A stretch of DNA of 64,000 nucleotides from an uncultured Verrucomicrobiae bacterium (GTDB lineage Bacteria; Verrucomicrobiota; Verrucomicrobiia; Limisphaerales; JAFGQR01). Shown piece by piece: positions 41,834 to 53,215 of this stretch. Numbering within the stretch: position 1 is the stretch's first letter; each line of letters starts with the position of its first letter. A program made the translations under genes and the position numbers. Location of the stretch: the NCBI GenBank assembly GCA_963788655.1, contig CAWBHS010000027.1, positions 1 to 64,000 of the forward strand, in the 5' to 3' direction. The notes under the pieces are model-generated. The model worked only from the letters and a program-made list of their open reading frames with translations, made no database searches and was not told where the DNA came from.

Positions 41834-42651
41834 AGCTGTCGGAGATGAAGCAACTGCTGGTGGCCGGCCAGATTCAGTTGACCAAGTCTCTGGGCCAAAA
41901 TTTTTTGCATGACCTCAACCAACTGCGCCGCATCGTCGAAACGGCCGGGGTGACGCCAACGGATTGCGTGTTGGAGATTGGTCCGGGGCTGGGACCGCTG
42001 ACAGAGGTGCTCCTGGCGCGGGCGAAACACGTGCTGGCCATCGAAAAAGACCAGCGGTTGGTGGCGTTGCTCCGAAAACGATTCCGCGAGGCGCAGAATT
42101 TCACGTTGATCCATGCCGACGCGGTAGATTACCTGCAACAGAAGCCGCAGGATTGGCGCGAGTGGAAACTGGTCGCGAACCTGCCGTATTCGGCGGCAAC
42201 CTCCATCCTGACCACTCTCGTGACAACCGAGCACGGTCCCCGTTTGATGGTAGTTACCGTGCAATGGGAGGTGGCGCAGCGATTGACCGCCGCGGCGGGC
42301 GCGATGGATTACGGCGTGTTGACGCTGCTGGTGCAACTTCGATATGAGCCGCAAGGATGGTTCAAGATTCCCCGGCCGTGTTTTTTTCCCGAGCCGGAAG
42401 TGGATTCGGCCGTCATCACGTTGCGGCGCCGGACGCAACCGCTGTTGTCGCCCGCCGAAGCCATAACTTTTGAACGCATCGTGCGGCTGAGTTTTTCACA
42501 GCGAAGGAAGATGATGATGAAATTGCTCAAGACCGAATGGCCAACCGAGCAATTGGTCCACGAGTTTCAAACCGTTGAACTCTCGGAGCAAGCCCGCGCG
42601 GAACAGGTAAGCCTGCAGCAGTTTGTTGCCCTGGCGAAACGGTTGGCTTAG
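41830..42651 (+). CDS. rsmA: 16S rRNA (A1518/A1519) dimethyltransferase
   Basis: KSLGQNFL, VLEIGPGLG, VANLPY, FFPEPEVDSA, FSQRRK. Confidence 0.96.
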   Translation: MKLSEMKQLLVAGQIQLTKSLGQNFLHDLNQLRRIVETAGVTPTDCVLEIGPGLGPLTEVLLARAKHVLAIEKDQRLVALLRKRFREAQNFTLIHADAVDYLQQKPQDWREWKLVANLPYSAATSILTTLVTTEHGPRLMVVTVQWEVAQRLTAAAGAMDYGVLTLLVQLRYEPQGWFKIPRPCFFPEPEVDSAVITLRRRTQPLLSPAEAITFERIVRLSFSQRRKMMMKLLKTEWPTEQLVHEFQTVELSEQARAEQVSLQQFVALAKRLA

Positions 42652-42724
42652 CGCAATCACGGAAGTCGGAGCCGACGCGATGAAGTTCTGACCTTATTAG
42701 TCTCTCGCACCCCGGGAACTCGGC

Positions 42725-42796
42725 GTAGCGGTGTCTCAGGAAAGCGCCGCATCTTGAGCAAAGAGAGTCTGCGGCACTCTGCCGAGACGCTGCTAC
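42725..42796. repeat. GTAG-type REP doublet
   Basis: gtagcggtgtctcaggaaagcgccgca ... tgcggcactctgccgagacgctgctac. Confidence 0.65.
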
Positions 42797-42981
42797 GCCT
42801 TATCCCCACTTAACCACCAAAGCTGGCCACCGTCCGTCAGGCTTCAGTTTCGTTCCTTTGAATTTCGGACTTCATTCGGATCTCGGATTTCAGATTTTGG
42901 GTTGGTCCCAGCTCGACCGCGCGGGACACCAGAATGGTCGTGACCTATGGTCAGGCCCCGCGAATACTGGCCGGCGACTGA

Positions 42982-43494
42982 ATGAACGAAGAAATCTTTG
43001 ATGTCGTCAATGAACGCGACGAAGTGATCGGCCAGCAAACCCGCCGCGAAGTGCATCGCTTGGGCCTCAAGCATCGGGCGGTTCATATTTTGGTGTTTAA
43101 CCGCAACGGCGACCTCTTTCTGCAAAAGCGTTCGATGCAGAAAGACAATCATCCCGGTGTTTGGGATTCGTCCGCCTCCGGCCATGTGGACGCGGGAGAA
43201 GACTATGACGCCGCCGCAATTCGGGAATTGCGGGAGGAGCTGGGAGTGCAGGTGCCGGCCCCACTCGAACGGTTATTCAAAATTGATTCCTGCGAGGCGA
43301 CCGGCCGCGAATTTGTTTGGGTTTACCGCTGGGCCGCGGAAGGTCCGTTGGTGCTCCACCCCGAGGAAATCGAGCGGGGCGAATGGTTCAGTCCGAACAA
43401 CGTCAGCCATTGGCTGGCCGAGCGGCCCCAGGATTTTGCCCCGGCATTTCCAGTAATTTGGAAGCGGCTACAAGCCAGGCTGGCAAGCCCTTGA
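42982..43494 (+). CDS. NUDIX hydrolase (IDI/YfcD-like)
   Basis: HRAVHI, LQKRS, GHVDAGEDYDAAAIRELREELG Nudix box. Confidence 0.92.
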   Translation: MNEEIFDVVNERDEVIGQQTRREVHRLGLKHRAVHILVFNRNGDLFLQKRSMQKDNHPGVWDSSASGHVDAGEDYDAAAIRELREELGVQVPAPLERLFKIDSCEATGREFVWVYRWAAEGPLVLHPEEIERGEWFSPNNVSHWLAERPQDFAPAFPVIWKRLQARLASP

Positions 43495-43529
43495 TCGCAT
43501 CCGCTTGCACAATTGGTTCCTGGAGGCGC

Positions 43530-44129
43530 TTATGACCGTTCACGAAAATCAAGCTGATTCACCAAGGCGCCGTAACCGCGCTTCTGCAGTCGCCGAAGCG
43601 ATTCTTTGAAAGCGGTAATTTCCGCGAGTTGAATTTTAAGCCACTTCTCGTCCGCCTCATCGAACGTATCGAGTTTCAGGATATCCTCGTAATAACGTTT
43701 CGCGGACATGATCGGGCGGGCGAGATCAATGATCGTCAGCTCGCTTCCGGAATCTGAGGTGGAGTAGTTGATTCCGTAGTAGCGCTTGTGCTGCGGCAAG
43801 AACAGGAAACCCTTGCGCTTGCCTTTGAATTCGCTTTCACACCGTTTGAACGCTTCGACACTCAGACGCCCGGGGATAATAATCTGAACCAGTGTTTTCT
43901 CTGATTGAAACTGGCCCGCGGATTTGAATTGCGGCGGGTCGCAGCCTTCCACCGCGGAGTAGAGCTCAAATTGCTCCCGGTCGATGGCGGAGGAGACGGG
44001 GTCCAGGAAATTGTAAAAGTAGCCGACCGCGAGGCCCACTCCCACGACGTCCGTGTCCTGTTTATTAAGGCCATCAAAAAACTTTTCGACGGCCTTGATG
44101 CCGATTGCTGTCGCGATTTGTTCCCACAT
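43530..44129 (-). CDS. Stand-alone prokaryotic STING-domain protein
   Basis: GLAVGYFYNFLDPV, VQIIIP, KRYY, IIDLARPI, EITAFKESLRRL occur in the order of bacterial STING motifs; recognised by eye. Confidence 0.72.
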   Translation of the reverse strand: MWEQIATAIGIKAVEKFFDGLNKQDTDVVGVGLAVGYFYNFLDPVSSAIDREQFELYSAVEGCDPPQFKSAGQFQSEKTLVQIIIPGRLSVEAFKRCESEFKGKRKGFLFLPQHKRYYGINYSTSDSGSELTIIDLARPIMSAKRYYEDILKLDTFDEADEKWLKIQLAEITAFKESLRRLQKRGYGALVNQLDFRERS

Positions 44130-44439
44130 AGCTAGGTTGTCAATTATTCTCCGGTTGTCTGAATTAATGCCCGGCACCGACCGGGACGCCTGCTCCGGAT
44201 CGTCCCCCCACTCGGCGGGTCACCGGCGCAACCACGGGCTTGAACATCCACCATCGAAACGGGAACTGCCAATCCAAAAGTGCCGTCCGGGCTGAATGCC
44301 GGCTGACGGCACGAGTCCACCGAAGCGGGTGCCTTCCAAGACAAACCTTGACCGACAAGGGCTGAAGTGAAATGAATTTCCTCTCGCTAAAAACAGTCTT
44401 TAGCTGACACAACGAATAACATTAGATGCATGCTTTGAT

Positions 44440-45291
44440 ATGAAACAAAAACTCATTTCCCACCTCACCCGTTCGCTGCTTGGTCTGATTGCCGGGGCAT
44501 TGGCCCTGCCAGCCGTGGCGGCGGAACCCAAGAAACTCCTGCTGGTGACCACCACCACCGGATTCCGACACAGCTCGATTCCCACGGCGGAAAAGGTCAT
44601 CCAGCAACTCGCAGCGGAAGACGGATCGTTCACCGTGGACTTGGTGCAACAACCAAAGGGCAACAGCAGAGATCCCGAGTTCCAGGACAAGATGAAGCAG
44701 GCGCTCAGCAAACTCAGCCCGGACAATCTCGCCAAATACGATGGGGTGATTTTCGCCAACACCACCGGGGATTTGCCGCTGCCCGATCCCGATGGATTTG
44801 TGAAATGGATCGAATCCGGCAAGGCCTTCATCGGCATGCACAGCGCCAGCGACACGTTCCATAACTTCCGGCCGTACATCGAAATGTTGGGCGGAGAATT
44901 CAAAGGCCACGGGGCCCAGGCCACAGTCGATTGCATCAACGAAGATCAACAATGCGCCTGCTGTCGGCATCTCGGTTCTTCCTGGACCGTGCATGATGAG
45001 ATTTACCTGATTAAAAGCTTCGAGCGCTCCAACGTCCACATGCTGCTGGGCCTGGACAAGGAACCCAACAAAAAGACGCCCGGATACTTCCCCGTTTCCT
45101 GGTGCAAGAACGCGGGCAAAGGCCGGGTGTTCTATACCTCGCTGGGCCATCGCGAAGACGTGTGGGATGACAAATATCCGAACCGGCAGAATTCGCCCGA
45201 AGTGGCCAAAGCGTATCAGCAGCACATCTTGAACGGTATCAAATGGGCCTTGGGCCTCGTGCCGGGAAGTGCGACCCCGCAAGCGAAGTAA
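44440..45291 (+). CDS. ThuA-domain (class I glutamine amidotransferase-like) secreted protein
   Basis: TTGFRHSSI, FANTTG, GMHSASDT, GRVFYTSLGH. Confidence 0.9.
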   Translation: MKQKLISHLTRSLLGLIAGALALPAVAAEPKKLLLVTTTTGFRHSSIPTAEKVIQQLAAEDGSFTVDLVQQPKGNSRDPEFQDKMKQALSKLSPDNLAKYDGVIFANTTGDLPLPDPDGFVKWIESGKAFIGMHSASDTFHNFRPYIEMLGGEFKGHGAQATVDCINEDQQCACCRHLGSSWTVHDEIYLIKSFERSNVHMLLGLDKEPNKKTPGYFPVSWCKNAGKGRVFYTSLGHREDVWDDKYPNRQNSPEVAKAYQQHILNGIKWALGLVPGSATPQAK

Positions 45292-45348
45292 CTGGAGGCG
45301 ATGAATCGTGAACATCGTTTGACATTCAAACTGATAGCGAACCTGACC

Positions 45349-45969
45349 ATGAAAAAGATCACTCTGTTACTCACCGGATTATTGCTGTGTGGCGCGGCGG
45401 CAGTTTGGGCCGCGAACGAACCGGGATTTGTGCCGCTGTTTAATGGCAAAGACCTGACCGGTTGGAAACTGCGTAATCCCAACGGACACAATTCCTGGAC
45501 CGTCGAACCGGGTGGGGTTCTCCAGAACACCGTCCACAAGGGCGAGCACGGCACCGACCTGGTGACGGAGAAGAAATTCTGGAACTTCACCGTCCGTTAC
45601 GAATTCAAAGTACCCGATGGCTCGAACAGCGGTTTCTATCTGCGTGGCCGTCATGAAATCCAAATCCTCGGCGATTACCGGAGCGGCAAGGCCGGCACGG
45701 GTGGCAACGGCGCCATTTATGCCTTCAAGGCGCCCGATGTCTTTGCCTCGAAGCCGGGAGACCAATGGCAAACCGTCGAGGCAACCATGATCGGCAACAA
45801 AATCACGGTGACTTTGAACGGCAAAAAGATTCACGACAATGTGGTGTGCGATCGAGCAACCGGGTCGGAGATCGACCGCAACGTCACGGAGCCGGGGCCA
45901 ATCTTCCTCCAGGGCGACCATGGCACCGTCGCCTTCCGTAACATGCGCATCAAAGTCCTATCGCCTTAG
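45349..45969 (+). CDS. DUF1080 / 3-keto-disaccharide hydrolase family protein
   Basis: LFNGKDLTGW, NSGFYLR, EIQILGD, GPIFLQGDHGTVAFRN. Confidence 0.92.
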   Translation: MKKITLLLTGLLLCGAAAVWAANEPGFVPLFNGKDLTGWKLRNPNGHNSWTVEPGGVLQNTVHKGEHGTDLVTEKKFWNFTVRYEFKVPDGSNSGFYLRGRHEIQILGDYRSGKAGTGGNGAIYAFKAPDVFASKPGDQWQTVEATMIGNKITVTLNGKKIHDNVVCDRATGSEIDRNVTEPGPIFLQGDHGTVAFRNMRIKVLSP

Positions 45970-46133
45970 GCCGCCGGCAGGTGAATGTTCCACCGGAGCG
46001 GGACTTTCACCCTCCGGTGGGCATTCTTCACCACCGCACCAACGCCGCCATTCTTGTCGGCCGGGACGTTGATGCGCCCGGCGACCTTACCAGAATGTCG
46101 GCGCTTCGTCTTTAATCGTCGCAAGCGCGCCCG

Positions 46134-47060
46134 CTACCCAAATCGTTGCCGCGCCGATTCAATGTCGCGGGCAATTTGGACTTTCAACGCATCCAATGAA
46201 GCGAACTTCTGTTCGTCGCGTAACTTGTCCACGAAGGTCAGTTCCAGTTCCTGCCCGTAAAGGTCACCTGGAAATCGAGCAAATGGGCTTCGACCCGCAA
46301 TTGGGGCTCGGGGTGCGCAAGGGTAGGCCGGTACCCGACGTTGAGCACCGCCCGGTAGGTGCGGCCGGCAGCGCTGGCATGCACGGCATAAACTCCGTTG
46401 GGCGGCAAGGCGAGCCCTGTGGTAGCGAGATTGGCCGTGGGGAATCCCAGTTGACGCCCAACCTGATCGCCTTGGACCACCCGTCCGGCCAGCGAATACG
46501 CCCGCCCCAACATCTGACTGGCGGCATCCAATTGCCCCAGCCGAATCGCCTCGCGAATCCGGGTGCTGCGAATGGCCTGGCCTTCAAGCGACACGGCCGA
46601 CAGACTATGGACTTGGAAGTGAAACTCTTGGCCAAACTGCTTCAGCAACGCCACGTTGCCGCTGCGTTTGTGGCCGAAATGAAAATCGCTGCCCACGCAC
46701 ACGCTTTGTAGTCGCCCGAGATCACCCACCAAAGCCACGCACAAACTCCTCGCCGGATTGGCGGCTGAGTTCTGGGGTAAAGGCGAGCAGCAAGGTGGCG
46801 TCTACTTCCAGCGAAGCGATGGCCCGCAGCTTTTGGGGGAGGGAATAAATCAGGCGCGGCACGCGCGCGGGGGCGACTACTGCATTAGGATGGCGGTCGA
46901 ACGTGACCACCACGCTGAGGCCCTCGTGCTGTTTGGCGTCAGCCATCGTGGTGCGGATGATTTGCTGGTGACCCAAATGCACGCCATCGAAGAAGCCGAT
47001 GGCCAGGCACACCCGTCGTCCGTGGGGCCGCAGTTCGGTGGCCGCATGAACGGTTCTCAT
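46134..47060 (-). CDS. ribF: Bifunctional riboflavin kinase/FAD synthetase (frameshifts)
   Basis: IGFFDGVHLGHQ, VGSDFHFG, GRQLGFPTAN, NVGYRPT, VEAHLLDF. Confidence 0.94.
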
Positions 47061-47061
47061 G

Positions 47062-47773
47062 TCAGCCGACCAGTTGCAAAAACGGCACCACCCGTTTTTC
47101 GAATTCGTCCGGGTTCAGTCGGATCAATTGCTCCAATTCAATGGCGTCCTTGATTTCGAAGCGTCCGGAGGCCAGCCGGCGCAAGTGGGCCAGGTGCGCG
47201 CCGCAGCCAACTTTCTGGCCCAGTTCGTGAGCCAGACTGCGGACGTAGGTGCCCTTGGTGCAAGCGATACGGAACCACCCCAGCGGTTCGACGTAATCGG
47301 TGAACGCAAATTTGTAGATATGAATGAGCCGGGCCTTCCGCTCCACTTCGAGTCCGCGGCGCGCCAGTTTGTAGAGGGGCACCCCATCTTTCTTCACCGC
47401 CGAAACCATGGGGGGCGTTTGCATTTGGTCGCCCACGAACGCGGCTGCCATTTCGTTGAGTTGGTTCACGGTCAACGGGGGCACCGGTTGGGTGGCAATG
47501 ACTTCGCCTTCGACGTCGTAGCTGTTGGTGGTCACCCCGAACCGGATGGCGCCGGCATACACTTTGTCATCCGCCATCAGTTTCTCGGAGAGCCGGGTGG
47601 CCCGCCCCATCACGATGATCAACAAGCCGGTGGCATTGGGATCCAACGTGCCGCAATGGCCGGCTTTGCGCACGCCAAACCGGCTGCGCACGATGTCCAC
47701 TACGTCGTGGGACGTGGGACCGAGCCGGCTTGTCGATGAGCAAGGCGCCATCCAGCGGATCGAAAACTTCCAT
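47062..47773 (-). CDS. truB: tRNA pseudouridine(55) synthase (frameshift)
   Basis: LLIDKP, TSHDVV, GHCGTLDPNATGLL, KGTYVRSL. Confidence 0.95.
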
Positions 47774-47776
47774 GGG

Positions 47777-48757
47777 CTAGGGGGCGGAGTTGAGGGCTCG
47801 TTTAAGGGCGCTGAGCATGTTGCGTTGAATGGTGATTGGTTTGCCGGCGATCCGGACGCCCGCCGCGGCCGCATGACCACCGCCGCCAAATTGGGCGGCA
47901 ATTTTCCCCACGTTCACGCGCGGGCTTTTGGAACGGAGGCTCACGCGCGTCAGGTCAGGCGTCAGTTCTTCAAAGACACAGGCCACCACCACCGGCTCGA
48001 TGGCGCGGAGGTGGTCGATCAGACCCTCGGTATCGGCGGAGGTGGCGCCGGTACGAGTAAAATCGGCTTTGCGGAGCCAGAAATAGGCGATCTGGTTGAG
48101 GTGTTTCAGCCGGAAATCATTGTAGATATGTTTGAGCAACCGCACCCGCGAAAGCGGAAAAGATTGATAAACTTCCTGACAGATTCGGGCCAGGTTGGCC
48201 CCGCGTTTGACCAACTCGCCGGCGACCACGTAGGTGGTGGGAGTGGTCGTGGGATACTGAAAGGAACCGGTATCGGTGGACACAGCCGTAAACAGGCAAT
48301 CGGCAATCGCGGGCGTGATCGGCCACCGGGCTGCCTTCAGCAGGTAGTAAATCAGCTCGCCGGTCGAGGGCGCCTTGCCTTGAACCCAGTTCAAATCCGC
48401 ATACCGGGTATTGCTGGCGTGGTGATCGATGTTGATAAACAAATGGCGGTCCTGAATACACGATCCCACGGTGCCCAAACGTTCCAAGCTGGCGGCGTCG
48501 GTGGCGATGACGCAATCGAACGCCTGGCCCGGCTGGGGCGGTTGGATGAGCTTTTGCGAATCGAGGAAAGCCAGTTTGTGCGGCACCGAATCCTCGTTCC
48601 AGCAGGTGACACGTTTGCCTTCGCTTTGCAGCGCCCGGGCCAGACCAAGCTGAGAACCGATGCAATCGCCGTCGGGCCGGACGTGGCCCACAATGCAAAC
48701 GCGCTCGCTGGCGCGGATACCCTCGAGGATGCGCTGGACAATTTTCGCGGACTTCAT
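47777..48757 (-). CDS. nrnA: DHH-family bifunctional oligoribonuclease/PAP phosphatase
   Basis: HVRPDGDCIGS, NIDHH, TDTGSF, FGGGGH. Confidence 0.9.
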   Translation of the reverse strand: MKSAKIVQRILEGIRASERVCIVGHVRPDGDCIGSQLGLARALQSEGKRVTCWNEDSVPHKLAFLDSQKLIQPPQPGQAFDCVIATDAASLERLGTVGSCIQDRHLFINIDHHASNTRYADLNWVQGKAPSTGELIYYLLKAARWPITPAIADCLFTAVSTDTGSFQYPTTTPTTYVVAGELVKRGANLARICQEVYQSFPLSRVRLLKHIYNDFRLKHLNQIAYFWLRKADFTRTGATSADTEGLIDHLRAIEPVVVACVFEELTPDLTRVSLRSKSPRVNVGKIAAQFGGGGHAAAAGVRIAGKPITIQRNMLSALKRALNSAP

Positions 48758-49113
48758 GTTTCCTCCGGCAGGCTCCGTTCGAGCTCGGCAATGATTTCCA
48801 GCACGCGGTTGCCGCGCATAACGGAATCGTCCACAACGAAACGGAGGCGGGGGATGTATTTCAGAATCACGGCCTTGGCGAGATGGTCCTGGATGCGCGG
48901 GCGGTGGTTTTGCAGGAGTTGAAGCCCCTTTTTTTGCTGTTCCGGCGAGCCCATGATGCTGATGAAGACGCTGGCCTGACGCAGGTCGCCCGAAACCTCC
49001 ACGTCATTGACGGTGACCAACCCGGCCTCGTCGATCGGAATTTCGCGGCGGATGGCTTCGCCGATTTCGCGCTTCAACAGTTCGCGCACACGCAGAAGTC
49101 GATGGGAGGACAT
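48754..49113 (-). CDS. rbfA: Ribosome-binding factor A
   Basis: RVRELLKREI, VEVSGDLRQASVF, KYIPRLRF; synteny. Confidence 0.95.
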   Translation of the reverse strand: MSSHRLLRVRELLKREIGEAIRREIPIDEAGLVTVNDVEVSGDLRQASVFISIMGSPEQQKKGLQLLQNHRPRIQDHLAKAVILKYIPRLRFVVDDSVMRGNRVLEIIAELERSLPEET

Positions 49114-49146
49114 AGGCGGTGGAGGGAAGTTGTTTGCGCAATAGCC

Positions 49147-51789
49147 TCACAGAGTCGCGGCCATCTTCTCCAGGGTATAGCACTCGATGGAATCCCCGAT
49201 TTGAAACTCGTTGAAACCATCCAGGCGAATGCCGCACTCCATGCCCGCGCGCACTTCGTTGACTTCATCCTGAAAGCGCCGGAGGGATTGGGTCTGGCCT
49301 TCGAACAGCAGGTTCTTGCGGCGCATGACGCGCACTTTGCCCCGGGACACCCGGCCACTGGCCACCATGCAACCAGCCACGTTGCCGCCTTTGGACAGTG
49401 CGAAGACCTTGCGCACTTCGGCCGCGCCGGTGACCACTTCCTTGAGAATCGGTTCCAGCAACCCGGTCAACGCATCGCGCACTTCATCGATCAATTCGTA
49501 GATAATGGAGTAGAGCTTGATCTGCACGCCCTCGCGTTTGGCCTGTTCGGCGGCCACGGGATCCACCCGCGTATGAAACCCGAGAATGACCGCGTTCGAG
49601 GAACTGGCCAGGACGATGTCGTCCTTGGTGATGGTGCCCACGGCGCTGTGCAAGATCTTCAAATCAACTTTGTCAGACTCGAATTTGTTGAGCGCATCAA
49701 CAATGGCTTCCTCGGACCCTTGCGTATCGGTTTTGACGATCAGCCGCAACACCTTGCCCTCCTTCGCCGCCAGGGTGGTGTAAATGGTTTCCAGTGAAAC
49801 TTTGGGGCCGGCCTGTTCGCGGTTGCTGGCCTTGGCCTGTTCGACGCGTTTTCCGGCCTCTTCGCGGGCGCTCTTTTCGTTCTTCCAAACGGTGAATTCC
49901 AACCCGGCTTCCGGCACTCCATTGAGACCCAAAATCCGGACGGCCTGGGCCGGACCGGCTTCCTTCAGGCGTTTGCCATCTTCATTAATCAGGGCCCGCA
50001 CCCGGCCATAATACTGATCGCACAATAACACGTCGCTGACGTGCAACGTCCCCTTGCGCACCAGCACCGTGGCCACCGGTCCGCCGGGTTCGATGCCGGA
50101 CTCGATCACGTTGCCCTTGGCGGCGCGGACGGGATTGGCTTTGAGTTCCAGAAGTTCAGCCTGCAGCAGAATCATCTCGAGGAGCTTGTCCACGCCCTGT
50201 TTCTCCTTCGCCGAAACGTCCACAAAAATAGTGTCCCCACCCCAGTCGTCCGGCGCCAACCCTTTTTCATTGAGTTGCTGCCGTACTTTCAGCGGGTCGG
50301 CATTCGGATGATCGCACTTGTTGACTGCCACGATGATCGGCACGCCGGCGGCTTTGGCATGATTGAGCGCCTCCATGGTCTGGGGCATGACCCCGTCGTT
50401 GGCGGCCACCACCAGGATGACAATGTCGGTGACGTTGGCGCCGCGGGCCCGCATGGCACTGAAGGCCGCATGACCCGGAGTATCCAGGAAGGTGATTTGT
50501 TGCAGCTCCTTCTTCCGTCCCGGGTGCGGGAAAGCAATGGTATAGGCGCCGATGTGCTGGGTGATGCTCCCGGCTTCGCCGGCCACTACGTTGGACTCCC
50601 GGATGACATCGAGCAGGGTCGTCTTGCCGTGATCCACGTGCCCCATGATGGTGACCACCGGCGGGCGCGGTTGCATGTCCTCCGGCTTGTCTTCTTCGTC
50701 CAGTTCGACGACGCGAACCTGTGGGCGGATTTGCTGGGTGGCGTCCCGCCGACGTTTTTCCACTTCAAACTTCGCGCCGAAGCAGGCGCAGAGCCGGGTG
50801 GCCACCGTTTCATCAATGGACTGGTTGGCCGTGGCCCACACGTTCATGCCGACCAATTCGGCGATGACCTGGTGCGGCTTCTTGTTCAGTTGTTCTGCCA
50901 GGTCACGGACGATGATTGGAGGTTTCATCGTGATGACTTGGGCGTCTTCGGGCAGCACAATTTTCGGGGCAGTGGCCGCGGGAACGGCGGGACGGGAAGA
51001 TGGCTGGGACGGGCGCCCCGGCATCCCGGCTCCCGGCTGGGATCGCTGATCCGGTCGGCCGCGCACGCCCCGTTGTCCCCGCTGGTCAAACCGGCCGCGC
51101 TGAGTCTCTCGGCCTTGCGGTCCGCGGGCGGCGGTTTTCGGCGGTTCCGTCTTTTCCGCGGAACGCGGCGTGGGTTTGGGCGGAAGTTGGATAAAACCTA
51201 CCTTGTCGCCAACGCGCGGCGGGGGCGGCTCGGGTGGTGGCGCCTCGACGGCAGCGGGCTCAGATTCAGGGATGGTCGTGGGCGGGGCCGGTTCTTCCGC
51301 CAGCGGTGCGGGTTCATCCGGTTCGAGTTCGGTGGCGGGCTCAAGTTCTGGCCCCTCCGCGGGCAACGCAATGATCTCCGGCACCTTGACTTGGTCCTGC
51401 GGAAGCACACCGGGAGCGGCTGGCTCAGCGGTTTCGGTTACTGAATCAGCGGGCACGTTCGCTGGCGGGGGCGGCGCGATTTCTGGTGCCGTGATGATCA
51501 TGATTTCTGGGACCGCTTCCGACTTTTCTTCAGGTTTGGCTTCGGCGGCCGGGGAGGAAGTGGTTCCGGAAATGTCGGGGGCCGGCTCGGCGGTTACTGG
51601 TTGCTTCCCCTTAGGCAGGGCGGTCCCGCACTCTTCCAAGATCTTGTCGGTCAGGTATTCGGCGGTGATTTTATCGAGGGTGCTGGAGGCAACCCGGGCG
51701 CCGGCAATGCCCAGTTCTTTGGCTTTGGCAAGCACGTGTTTGCTTTCCCAGCCAACTTTCTTTGCTATTTCGTAAATGCGAACGGGCAT
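49147..51789 (-). CDS. infB: Translation initiation factor IF-2
   Basis: [32 protein letters not shown]; Pro/Glu-rich N-terminal linker. Confidence 0.98.
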   Translation of the reverse strand: MPVRIYEIAKKVGWESKHVLAKAKELGIAGARVASSTLDKITAEYLTDKILEECGTALPKGKQPVTAEPAPDISGTTSSPAAEAKPEEKSEAVPEIMIITAPEIAPPPPANVPADSVTETAEPAAPGVLPQDQVKVPEIIALPAEGPELEPATELEPDEPAPLAEEPAPPTTIPESEPAAVEAPPPEPPPPRVGDKVGFIQLPPKPTPRSAEKTEPPKTAARGPQGRETQRGRFDQRGQRGVRGRPDQRSQPGAGMPGRPSQPSSRPAVPAATAPKIVLPEDAQVITMKPPIIVRDLAEQLNKKPHQVIAELVGMNVWATANQSIDETVATRLCACFGAKFEVEKRRRDATQQIRPQVRVVELDEEDKPEDMQPRPPVVTIMGHVDHGKTTLLDVIRESNVVAGEAGSITQHIGAYTIAFPHPGRKKELQQITFLDTPGHAAFSAMRARGANVTDIVILVVAANDGVMPQTMEALNHAKAAGVPIIVAVNKCDHPNADPLKVRQQLNEKGLAPDDWGGDTIFVDVSAKEKQGVDKLLEMILLQAELLELKANPVRAAKGNVIESGIEPGGPVATVLVRKGTLHVSDVLLCDQYYGRVRALINEDGKRLKEAGPAQAVRILGLNGVPEAGLEFTVWKNEKSAREEAGKRVEQAKASNREQAGPKVSLETIYTTLAAKEGKVLRLIVKTDTQGSEEAIVDALNKFESDKVDLKILHSAVGTITKDDIVLASSSNAVILGFHTRVDPVAAEQAKREGVQIKLYSIIYELIDEVRDALTGLLEPILKEVVTGAAEVRKVFALSKGGNVAGCMVASGRVSRGKVRVMRRKNLLFEGQTQSLRRFQDEVNEVRAGMECGIRLDGFNEFQIGDSIECYTLEKMAATL

Positions 51790-51871
51790 AAATTCTCTCT
51801 ACCATCCATCGCTGCGGCATGGCGTTCATAACGACACAACGAAGAGAGCAGTTTTTACCAAAATCATATCC

Positions 51872-53152
51872 TTAAGCAACTGGAGACTCACCAATTTTAA
51901 TGGTTCTCCGGCCGGCTTCGTCTCGGGCGGCCTGCAATACCTGCTCGGAAACCGGGCCAATTTCAGGCACATCTTCCAAATCCGACAAGTCCGCCTGCAG
52001 GAGCGCCTCGAGGCTGGTCCAGCCATGGTGAACCAAAACATCCGCCTGTTCCGGCGTGATGCCTGGAATATCCGCCAAGGACTGCACGGCATGAGCCAGT
52101 TTGTCTTCAAATCCTTCGCTCACGGTTTGCTCGGCCTCAATATCCACCTGCCACCCCGTGAGCTTGGCCGTTAAGCGCGCGTTCTGACCGCGCTTGCCAA
52201 TGGCCAGCGAGAGCTGGTCCGGCGTGACAATAATGCGGGCGCGACGCCGTTTTTCGTCAATATCAAATGATTTCAATTTGGCCGGTGCCAGCGAATTGGC
52301 CAACAACACGGTAATGTCTTGATCCCAACGGATGATGTCCACTTTCTCGTTGTTGAGTTCGCGAACAATGTTTTTGACCCGTTGCCCGCGAAGTCCGACG
52401 CAGGCGCCCACCGGATCGACTTTGTTGTCTCGGGTCCAGACGCCGAGTTTGGTTCGGAAACCCGGTTCACGCGCGATGGATTTGATTTCAATCGTGCCAT
52501 CGCTGACTTCAGACACTTCGAGTTGAAAGAGCTTCTTCACGAAATTGGGGTCGGCGCGGGAGAGAATGATCTCCGGGCCGTGGGGACCGCTTTCCGTGAC
52601 TTCCTTGACGTAGCAACGAATCCGTTCACCGATTTGATATTCCTCGGTGGGCACGCGCTCGCGGTTGGGCAACAGCGCGTCATAGCGCCCCAGGTCCACC
52701 GTAACGTCGGACTTCTCGAAGCGCCGGACCACCCCGTGAACGATATCGCCAACGCGGTCTTTAAACTCGGAAAATATCAGTTGCTTTTCCGCCCGGCGAA
52801 TGTGCTGCAAGAGGGATTGTTTGGCGTAGGTTGAGGCAATGCGCCCAAAATCCGCGGGCGTTACTTCGACCTCGAGTTCATCGCCCAGTTTGGCCTCCGG
52901 TTTGATGCGCCGGCCATCGAACAGGGAAATTTGGTCATGCTTGGACTCGACTTTTTCGACGACGATCAGCTTGGCAAAAGCTTTGATTTCCCCGGTTTTG
53001 GGATCCATTTCACAACGCAGTTCCCGCGCGGGCCCGATGGCTTTCTTGGCCGCCGAGGTAAGCGCCTCCTGGACGGCACCAATGAGCTTCTCCATTGGGA
53101 TGCCTTTCTCTCGCACCCAATACTCCAGCACTGTTAATAAGTCCGCATTCAT
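51872..53152 (-). CDS. nusA: Transcription termination factor NusA
   Basis: FGRIA, AREPGFRTK, DPVGACVG, LSLAIGKRGQNARL. Confidence 0.98.
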   Translation of the reverse strand: MNADLLTVLEYWVREKGIPMEKLIGAVQEALTSAAKKAIGPARELRCEMDPKTGEIKAFAKLIVVEKVESKHDQISLFDGRRIKPEAKLGDELEVEVTPADFGRIASTYAKQSLLQHIRRAEKQLIFSEFKDRVGDIVHGVVRRFEKSDVTVDLGRYDALLPNRERVPTEEYQIGERIRCYVKEVTESGPHGPEIILSRADPNFVKKLFQLEVSEVSDGTIEIKSIAREPGFRTKLGVWTRDNKVDPVGACVGLRGQRVKNIVRELNNEKVDIIRWDQDITVLLANSLAPAKLKSFDIDEKRRRARIIVTPDQLSLAIGKRGQNARLTAKLTGWQVDIEAEQTVSEGFEDKLAHAVQSLADIPGITPEQADVLVHHGWTSLEALLQADLSDLEDVPEIGPVSEQVLQAARDEAGRRTIKIGESPVA

Positions 53153-53186
53153 AAAGCAACAATCGCCTGCCTCCCACGAGGGGAAC

Positions 53187-53215
53187 AAAAAAGCCGGCAG
53201 AATAATCTCCGACTT
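53187..53215 (-). promoter_or_regulatory. Leader terminator/attenuator hairpin upstream of nusA
   Basis: Minus strand aagtcggaga-ttat-tctgccggc-tttttt about 35 nt before the nusA ATG. Confidence 0.5.

Noticed and set aside
50950..51600. Pro/Glu-rich low-complexity region
   Set aside because: Ordinary variable N-terminal linker of IF-2
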